A DNA stretch of 64,000 nt from a virus: the IMG/VR virus record IMGVR_UViG_3300042375_000763, positions 1 to 64,000 of that record; one strand, given 5' to 3'. Both the position numbers and the translations under genes were made by a program. The notes below the pieces were generated by a model. That model did no database searches. It saw only the letters and a program-made list of their open reading frames with translations, and was not told where the DNA came from. Every line of letters begins with the position of its first letter. Position 1 is the first letter of the stretch. This document shows positions 57,481 through 64,000 of this stretch, piece after piece.

Positions 57481-57717
57481 TTATTCTGCAATCGTTCCAA
57501 TGCGAAGGAGACTGACATTGCTTACACCCTCTGTATCAGAACTCAATGTTCCCATGATACGATTAGTAAATAGTCCACGATCTTTATTGCTATAGGTGCC
57601 TTCCATGATAAACTTATCAGTCCCGCCGCCATGCCAATGGACTTCAATCTCAAGAATACCAAACACTTTCTTGTCGGTGTAGTTCCAATCTTCCCAAACT
57701 ATATGTTCAATTTTCAT
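57481..57717 (-). CDS. Hypothetical protein
   Basis: ORF track. Confidence 0.55.
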   Translation of the reverse strand: MKIEHIVWEDWNYTDKKVFGILEIEVHWHGGGTDKFIMEGTYSNKDRGLFTNRIMGTLSSDTEGVSNVSLLRIGTIAE

Positions 57718-57980
57718 TATTTTACAGTCTCCAAAGGATAGTTTGATCCGTAGGTTTTCATTGCAGATTCACGAGAAATTCGGTGAAGTGTTTCTTTCAA
57801 CCACATACCTTGTCGAAACAATTTCTCATGCCCTGGTTTGATTGACACGTTGTAGTTTGCATCTCGAAGGATTGCTCGGATTTCAGGAGAAAATGAATCA
57901 AACAAGTCCATTGACTCTTGTCTTGTACGTTTGACTTCGGGTTTGTCAACTGCGATGTAACCGTTGCTATTGATTGTCAT
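57717..57980 (-). CDS. Hypothetical early protein
   Basis: Early promoter and SD. Confidence 0.6.
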   Translation of the reverse strand: MTINSNGYIAVDKPEVKRTRQESMDLFDSFSPEIRAILRDANYNVSIKPGHEKLFRQGMWLKETLHRISRESAMKTYGSNYPLETVK

Positions 57981-58128
57981 CTGTTCCTCTACCTTATAGA
58001 ATCAGTATATACTATTTGAAAGCAAATGTCAACCAACAAAAGTCTCTTTATAACGACATTAATGGTTGACATTATCTTAACACGTGGTATAATTGGATTA
58101 TCATCCATAATATAAAAGAGTACTGATT

Positions 58129-58473
58129 CTATAGTAGTTTCAGAGAACCAGTAATAGGAAGTAGTTCCTCATGAGAGGCAGGACCTACTGCGATGCAAGT
58201 ATTCGTCGGCACATTATTAAATTCGGTTCTTCCTGCATCAGTGATGAGTGCAGTAATAAGACCTGCTTCTTTAGCTTTATTCATAATTTCAAATAGTTCT
58301 TCTTCTGAATTTACCGAAACGGCAATTTTGGTGAATGGACCTGATAGCCATTCCTTCACGTTCGGATGTTCAAGATTTTCAAGCGTAGCTTTCATGCTTG
58401 CATGAGCACCTTGTGCTATTTGTTTTCCCAAACGCATATTCAGGTCTTTTCTCATTACAATAATTTGTTTCAT
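58129..58473 (-). CDS. pth2: Peptidyl-tRNA hydrolase type 2
   Basis: KQIIVMRKDLNM..GK.IAQGAHAS, DAGRTE, TCIAVGP, TG.LKLL. Confidence 0.92.
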   Translation of the reverse strand: MKQIIVMRKDLNMRLGKQIAQGAHASMKATLENLEHPNVKEWLSGPFTKIAVSVNSEEELFEIMNKAKEAGLITALITDAGRTEFNNVPTNTCIAVGPASHEELLPITGSLKLL

Positions 58474-58724
58474 TTCTTTTCAAACCTATTTGGTAAAAGT
58501 TCAAACGTATCGGTATCAAACATATATGATTTAACATCGACTGGTACTGCATATTTTATTGCTGTTCTATGAATAACCATAGGATGAGTCAAATGTTCTT
58601 TCAACTTTTTATGAAGAAAGTTCAAATTTTGTAAATCATCTGTATAGTTTGATGATGAAATGGTTCCTTCGGATACAAACTTACCGTCTTTGTCTAGGAA
58701 CCTAAAATCTAATCTTAGTGACAT
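58470..58724 (-). CDS. Hypothetical protein
   Basis: Coupled ORF. Confidence 0.55.
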   Translation of the reverse strand: MSLRLDFRFLDKDGKFVSEGTISSSNYTDDLQNLNFLHKKLKEHLTHPMVIHRTAIKYAVPVDVKSYMFDTDTFELLPNRFEKK

Positions 58725-59290
58725 TATTTTCTATTCTTCTCCTTCCAAATGCGGCGCGATACCGTCTTATACAAGTCTTCATAACCAGTCTCTACTGCAT
58801 TATCAGATCCGCCTAATTTATGATGAAACAGAGCAGGGTTTCCTGTTTCTTTGCAGAACGAATCCATCTGTTGAAGTTCATCTGCTATTTCCATCAACAC
58901 TTTACTACCATCAAAAAACTCACCTTTCCAAGTAAGTTTTAGACCATAGCAGATGATATTTACATCATGGTAATCAACGAGATCGGATAAATCCCAGACT
59001 TGTTTTTTTGTGAGAAATTGTGCTTCGTCTACTAAAATATAATCTATATTGCAATATTCTGATAGACTAGTCTTTTCATATATTTGACTGAGTATTGGAT
59101 ATTTATCATCTACCATTATACATTCTGCTTCAAGACCAATACGACTTGATATAGTTGTTGTTCTATCATCGACTGCAGGTTTAATTAGCAATGTACGATA
59201 GCCCTTCTCCTTTAACATAAAGTTTTTGGTGAGAAGGGCGAGTGTCTTGCCGGAGTTCATTGATGAAAAGATGAAGGTGAGTTTAGCCAT
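58724..59290 (-). CDS. tk: Thymidine kinase
   Basis: SMNSGKT, SSRIG, LVDEAQFL, CYGL, F.GS..L...AD. Confidence 0.92.
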   Translation of the reverse strand: MAKLTFIFSSMNSGKTLALLTKNFMLKEKGYRTLLIKPAVDDRTTTISSRIGLEAECIMVDDKYPILSQIYEKTSLSEYCNIDYILVDEAQFLTKKQVWDLSDLVDYHDVNIICYGLKLTWKGEFFDGSKVLMEIADELQQMDSFCKETGNPALFHHKLGGSDNAVETGYEDLYKTVSRRIWKEKNRK

Positions 59291-59485
59291 TCAGTCTTTC
59301 CTCATCCAAATACCGGATCCTGCTTCCGGCATGGAATACTCTCTGTCTTTCAATTTAAGGGCAGTATCCCATGCGAGCTTCATCATTTTCTTTTCATTCT
59401 CGTAATGCTTTGGATACAAAACGGCATCAACCATCTTCCTTGTATTTCTTGCAAAAAATTCTTCAAACTCTCTATCGTAGTTCAT
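59291..59485 (-). CDS. Hypothetical protein
   Basis: Coupled ORF. Confidence 0.5.
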   Translation of the reverse strand: MNYDREFEEFFARNTRKMVDAVLYPKHYENEKKMMKLAWDTALKLKDREYSMPEAGSGIWMRKD

Positions 59486-59673
59486 TTGCTAACCTTATGT
59501 TTAATAAATGTGATTGCACCCATAATGTATGCTATCGGCATTACACCAGATATTAGTATTTTGTCTAGTAATGTATCTTTGTGATTTTTGTGACCCAAAA
59601 GGCTTATAACTCGACAAACTCCTGCCGCGGCCCATACAAGATAAGCAAGAATAATCCACCAGAATATACTCAT
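59482..59673 (-). CDS. Small membrane protein
   Basis: Hydrophobic segments; SD AGGAG. Confidence 0.55.
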   Translation of the reverse strand: MSIFWWIILAYLVWAAAGVCRVISLLGHKNHKDTLLDKILISGVMPIAYIMGAITFIKHKVSK

Positions 59674-59874
59674 TTACGTTTCTCCTAAAAATACTGTTTC
59701 GACAAAAACGCGGCACTGCTCAAATACTGATGGCCCAAAAACAACTTTGCTCGGCTTGTTATCATTGCCTTTGTCAATAACAAACCAATTTAATGAATCG
59801 ACTGAATTTATAATAGCAAGACCTACATCTTCACATAGATAACAAGTCTCAGATAACTTTGTAATTTCAAACAT
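59674..59874 (-). CDS. Hypothetical protein
   Basis: Coupled ORF. Confidence 0.5.
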   Translation of the reverse strand: MFEITKLSETCYLCEDVGLAIINSVDSLNWFVIDKGNDNKPSKVVFGPSVFEQCRVFVETVFLGET

Positions 59875-60382
59875 TCTTTTTCTCCCAAGTACCCATCAGA
59901 CTAACAGCGTTAAGCATGTGTTTATGCAATAATCCATTATCTGCATCAGTCTGAACAAGCCGCCTCTTACCAAGGATTTCATTAAACCGATACCGATTAT
60001 CATCGAACAGAACAAAATCGTCTACATCAGTAGCGTATGTTTCGAGGTAATCTTTGACTTCATTACCTCGATCCCACTTTTTTACTGGCGCAAAATTATC
60101 AGGGTCTGTTTTCCAAGGACTTGCAAACTCGCCCCGGAACCCAGAATTTGCAAATGCTGACCGAACCCAATGTTCCGTCATTTGATCATCATTCCGAAGT
60201 CCATTTTTCCAAGTCGACATGAGAACAAACTCAACTGGATATGTGTCATGGATCCAATTAAAAAATTGAACTGCTATGGGATCGAATTGACACCACATTC
60301 CATATTCGCCTTGATAGGTCTTATGCACTCTCTGTGATGTGAGGACTCCATCAATATCAAGGAAGCACAAATATTTTCTCAT
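59867..60382 (-). CDS. HAD-domain protein (Swiss-Army-Knife RNA-repair HAD-like)
   Basis: FLDIDGVL, LMSTW, RGNEV..YL, FVLFDD, GL. Confidence 0.82.
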   Translation of the reverse strand: MRKYLCFLDIDGVLTSQRVHKTYQGEYGMWCQFDPIAVQFFNWIHDTYPVEFVLMSTWKNGLRNDDQMTEHWVRSAFANSGFRGEFASPWKTDPDNFAPVKKWDRGNEVKDYLETYATDVDDFVLFDDNRYRFNEILGKRRLVQTDADNGLLHKHMLNAVSLMGTWEKKNV

Positions 60383-60476
60383 CTCAAATCCTTTTCATTA
60401 TAAATAGAAGTGTCAGTCGCGGATTGCCGTCCCACTGACTCTATGTTTGAACACTTTACAGGAAAGGAACACAGCC

Positions 60477-61412
60477 ATGACAAATGGTATTTATATCCCT
60501 TATTTCTACATCATTCAAGAAGTTTCTACTGGTATGTATTACGCTGGTGCTAAATGGGCACAAGGATGTCATCCAGGTCAGCTTTTGAAAGAAGGCGGAT
60601 ACGAGACTTCATCGGAAACCATCAAAAAACTTATTAGAAAACATGGATTTGAAAATTTTATCATCCGAAAAATAAGAACATTTGAAACAGCAGAAAAAGC
60701 TCAAAACTATGAAACTAGGTTTTTAGTAAAAGTAGATGCAAGGAACCATCCAAAATTTTATAATGGTCATAATAATGATCATCTGATTAGTTTCAATACA
60801 AAAAGATATGAAGATATGATGCTAAGTTATTACGGCGTAACTCATCCTATTTATTCCGAAGAAATACAAATGAGAAAGAAGAATACGGTGTTGCAAAGAT
60901 ATGGTGTTGATCATTATTCAAAAACAGAAGAATACAGAGATAAATTTTTAGAAACTTCTCTAGATAGATACGGTGTTCAACATCCAATGCAAAACGATAT
61001 GATTAAGGATCGTATGTTTATATCTAAGTTAGAAAAGTATGGCAACCCCGTTTTTGTAAATCATGAAAAGTCAAAATTGACAAAACTGGAGAAATATGGC
61101 AGTCCTACCTATAATAATACCGAAAAGTCAAAGAAAACAAAATTAGAAAAGTATGGTAACTCTTCGTATGTAAACAAGGAAAAAGCAGAAAAAACTAACA
61201 TAGAAAAATATGGAGCAGATAATCCATTTAAATCGCCTGAGATAATAGAAAAAATTTCAGATCACAGAAATAAAATGCTTTTAAGAAAGAACGTTGAAGA
61301 ACTGAAAACATTGTCCAAAAAATACAAAATCAGTCTTGGCAGAAATTGGAATAGAAGAAATGATGAATGGATAGACAATAAAATAGAATCAATAAAGAAT
61401 GAATATGAATAG
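60477..61412 (+). CDS. Seg-like homing endonuclease with KYG/RYG repeats, opposite strand
   Basis: PYFYII...YYAG.KW...YETSS...E.RFL...FYN; repeated (T/K)LEKYG units; late promoter at 60399-60406. Confidence 0.78.
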   Translation: MTNGIYIPYFYIIQEVSTGMYYAGAKWAQGCHPGQLLKEGGYETSSETIKKLIRKHGFENFIIRKIRTFETAEKAQNYETRFLVKVDARNHPKFYNGHNNDHLISFNTKRYEDMMLSYYGVTHPIYSEEIQMRKKNTVLQRYGVDHYSKTEEYRDKFLETSLDRYGVQHPMQNDMIKDRMFISKLEKYGNPVFVNHEKSKLTKLEKYGSPTYNNTEKSKKTKLEKYGNSSYVNKEKAEKTNIEKYGADNPFKSPEIIEKISDHRNKMLLRKNVEELKTLSKKYKISLGRNWNRRNDEWIDNKIESIKNEYE

Positions 61413-61414
61413 AT

Positions 61415-61497
61415 TTCATTGCATTGTGTGCATAGTGAACCCGATTCGACGTAAATACACCGTCGATGTCAAGAAAGATTAGATATTTCCGTTGCAT
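61415..61497 (-). pseudogene. Orphaned 5' fragment of the HAD gene
   Basis: MQRKYLIFLDIDGVFTSNRVH versus MRKYLCFLDIDGVLTSQRVH of 59867-60382. Confidence 0.8.
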
Positions 61498-61691
61498 TGC
61501 ATATACTCTCTAATTTCTTTACGATGTTCTTTTGTTTGAATATCTTCACGCATATCAATACAGATACAGCACCAGCAATTATCGGACTTGCTTTTCTTAC
61601 CTTTCATATTAATATTTGCAGCAGCTGCGTGAAAAGGGCCTTTATTATGTTTGCGATTACGACCTCTGCCGTAAACCGGTGATTTTGCCAT
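61479..61691 (-). CDS. Hypothetical basic protein
   Basis: SD AGGAGG; CWCCIC. Confidence 0.55.
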   Translation of the reverse strand: MAKSPVYGRGRNRKHNKGPFHAAAANINMKGKKSKSDNCWCCICIDMREDIQTKEHRKEIREYMQCNGNI

Positions 61692-61761
61692 TTATTCCTC
61701 CTAGGTTAAGCCTAGAAGTCTTCATAAAACTTTCTGTAACGGATCATGTAAGTTCCTTTGT

Positions 61762-61977
61762 TCATAGTTCTGGATTTTTCATCCAATGTGTAAACGGTCC
61801 GATAACTGCTTTCGTGTTTGGACATGTCCAGTATCCGCCATCTTGATTATACTTGCCGGGTTTTGTATCGACCCATTTTGTAGTTCTAGACAAAACCGTA
61901 TCATTTATCTTAACTATACCAAGAATATAAGTTCCATCCTTTGGTGCAGTCTCAATTGGTTGAATATTATATTGCAT
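61762..61977 (-). CDS. DUF551-like protein
   Basis: QPIETAPKDGT...FTHWM. Confidence 0.7.
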   Translation of the reverse strand: MQYNIQPIETAPKDGTYILGIVKINDTVLSRTTKWVDTKPGKYNQDGGYWTCPNTKAVIGPFTHWMKNPEL

Positions 61978-61986
61978 TTTATTTCC

Positions 61987-62544
61987 TCAATTATAAAAGA
62001 TGTGCGAGTCAATTCGCGCAGTTTCAGTATAGCTGGAAACCCAGAATGGTTCCACGTAGTTGGCATGATACATGATCGCGCCATTGGTAGGATCAATCTC
62101 ATCCCCGTATGCGGCAAAAACCTCTTCCGCGATCTTTGCGGAAACATTCCATGCTGCCTGATCTGTAATATCATCAGACTTCCCGTCACAGAACCAGCTA
62201 AACTGGCACTTGTTCTTCAACGGGATACCGTTATCATTCAATTCTGCCTGATAAACTACATCACAGATAGTGTCAGGATATTTTTCACTTTTGGTGCGAT
62301 TCATTGTTGCCCAAGCAACGGCACGTTGACCTGTCATACCGTCATTACGAGCTTCGTGGTAGATATTTTTTGCAAGACAATCAACTTGTTTTGCATTTCT
62401 AAGATGCATAGAAACTTCAGCTATAATTAACTGAGTTTGATTAGCGCTAAATATGTCTTCGGAAACTTTTGTGTAATACATAGAACTCGCAGTTGCAATA
62501 GCTGCAATATTAACACCGATCATGATCTTCGTGATGATTTTCAT
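61987..62544 (-). CDS. SleB-like cell wall hydrolase
   Basis: CLAKNIYHEAR, NR...YPDTICDVVYQ, CQFSWFCDG, YHA.YV.P.W, HIFY. Confidence 0.92.
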   Translation of the reverse strand: MKIITKIMIGVNIAAIATASSMYYTKVSEDIFSANQTQLIIAEVSMHLRNAKQVDCLAKNIYHEARNDGMTGQRAVAWATMNRTKSEKYPDTICDVVYQAELNDNGIPLKNKCQFSWFCDGKSDDITDQAAWNVSAKIAEEVFAAYGDEIDPTNGAIMYHANYVEPFWVSSYTETARIDSHIFYN

Positions 62545-62612
62545 TTCTGCTCTCTTGTTTACCTTATAGAATCAGTATAAACTAACTGCAAGTAAATGTC
62601 AACAATTTTCTT

Positions 62613-63116
62613 TTATTTTAGTATTTTAATATCACTTTTTGATATTCGGGTACCTTTAGAGACTAACACTTCTTTTTCTTTCGATGCACTGTCTAAGTTT
62701 GTTTCATCATACCCAAGCATCATCATTTGTTGTATTCCCATGAAAAGAACAAATGAATCTATATCTATAATTTGGCTTGATTGTGCTATGACTTTACCTA
62801 TCAAGATCTTTTTCTTTTCTATATTTGTTCTTCCAAGAGAAAAACTTTCATCTGTAACAAATTTAGTTGCTATCTTTTCATCTTTAGACCAAGATGTGTG
62901 CTTATCTAGTAACATAGAACCAGATTTTTCTATCTTTTCTAGTGCTACATCGTCAATATACATACCTCTGTATAGTTTTTGTCTGTATGATCTAAATGGG
63001 GCTGGAATCTTATTTCTGTTTATAAAGAGAAAATTTGCATTCGATTGATCATTTTTAAATAACCAATCATCTAAATTCTTTCTAAAATTTTCCGTTCCAA
63101 TTACGTAATCAACCAT
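62613..63116 (-). CDS. Putative ADP-ribosyltransferase (R-S-E type)
   Basis: KLYRGM, HTSWS, EKEVLV. Confidence 0.6.
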   Translation of the reverse strand: MVDYVIGTENFRKNLDDWLFKNDQSNANFLFINRNKIPAPFRSYRQKLYRGMYIDDVALEKIEKSGSMLLDKHTSWSKDEKIATKFVTDESFSLGRTNIEKKKILIGKVIAQSSQIIDIDSFVLFMGIQQMMMLGYDETNLDSASKEKEVLVSKGTRISKSDIKILK

Positions 63117-63244
63117 TCATTTTCAACCAATTTAAAGTTCTTTTTGCCCATGCACTGGTTTTATAACCTTGGCCCCATGCACGTGTACAATCAGGCCACG
63201 TGATATACCAAAGACCATTTGTATCTTGTTCAATGTAGCACACA

Positions 63245-63526
63245 CTATACATCATTTTTCATTAACCTCGTGTAGGGGTGATCTTTGTAACTTTCAGTCA
63301 ATTTATGTCTTGCAAGATCACGTTTCCATTCATCTAGTTCTACCCATTCCAAAATTCTATTCATTGTAAAATAAACAATCTCTTTTGCCATATATTGAAA
63401 TGTACGATTCTTAAGTATTACATAAGCTTCATTTTTTCTATATGCAATTACATCTGCTTCTGCCTGACCATCAAAAGGTGCATTATCATAAATTTCTTTT
63501 GAGCCGTAAATAAGAACTTTGACCAT
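63245..63526 (-). CDS. Hypothetical protein
   Basis: ORF track. Confidence 0.55.
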   Translation of the reverse strand: MVKVLIYGSKEIYDNAPFDGQAEADVIAYRKNEAYVILKNRTFQYMAKEIVYFTMNRILEWVELDEWKRDLARHKLTESYKDHPYTRLMKNDV

Positions 63527-63529
63527 TTT

Positions 63530-63970
63530 TTACTCTAGTACATAGACAAAAGGTTTGGTATCAATAAGAGTATTCTCAATGATAGCGGAAATAACATTCC
63601 AATCTCCGTTGGCAAGACCTGCACCGATTTTTGGCATTGCAATCTCTTTAATACCCCATTGATTAATTTTACGGAATACTTCTGCAATTGCCCAATATGA
63701 AACATAAACACGTGATGGATCACGTCCATAATCTTTCTGGGTAATTGCATTGTGAATTACATTTCCATCTTCCTGAACAGATACGACGATTGCACCAAGT
63801 TCAAGACCATAACTATTATACGAGTCATTGTAGTCTTGAAATGCAGATGGATATTTATCTCGAAGTACATAAGCAACACCAGACCTCATCACACCATGAC
63901 TATTACAACCATGAATAATATGCTTGATATTTGTTTCAAGCAGGTCACCTTTTATATATTCAATCTGCAT
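63530..63970 (-). CDS. Macrodomain protein (tk.4/TARG1-DarG-like)
   Basis: KGDL, HGCN..G.M.SGVA, AMPKIGAGLANGDW. Confidence 0.9.
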   Translation of the reverse strand: MQIEYIKGDLLETNIKHIIHGCNSHGVMRSGVAYVLRDKYPSAFQDYNDSYNSYGLELGAIVVSVQEDGNVIHNAITQKDYGRDPSRVYVSYWAIAEVFRKINQWGIKEIAMPKIGAGLANGDWNVISAIIENTLIDTKPFVYVLE

Positions 63971-64000
63971 TTATCTCGCTTTCAATAATATATCTGAGAA

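Overview
This is a 64-kb segment of a T4-like (Tevenvirinae-like) myophage genome, coded almost entirely on the minus strand. Several markers point to an alphaproteobacterial host: a two-piece tmRNA, tRNA-His with A73, a DUF1127 protein, hemO-pcyX and PstS. Left to right the window holds: (1) a late glycosylation/sugar-modification cluster (3 GT29 paralogs, a GT8-like enzyme, an lpxA-gnnA-gnnB-like triad) and three probable virion-packaged enzymes; (2) replication genes (gp41, gp32, gp59, gp33, and uvsX fractured by a naturally split intein with a homing endonuclease between the halves); (3) auxiliary genes (hemO, pcyX, pstS, ssrA, kdsA, an outer-membrane protein, ornithine decarboxylase, dps); (4) a ~16-kb array of about 31 tRNA genes, many non-canonical, interleaved with at least three families of repeated structured ncRNAs, including circularly permuted tRNA-like RNAs; (5) early genes, topoisomerase II, tk, pth2, and ADP-ribosyltransferase-like and macrodomain genes. 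The most novel candidates are four. First, a 32-codon leader peptide with a terminator/antiterminator just upstream of the tRNA array, whose codons mirror the array's anticodon set (a putative tRNA-depletion-sensing attenuator). Second, a 7-member clamp-motif RNA family carrying permuted tRNA modules. Third, a ~97-nt hairpin shared between the tmRNA intervening segment and one permuted tRNA. Fourth, the split-intein uvsX. All calls were made by eye from the sequence; no database search or folding program was run.
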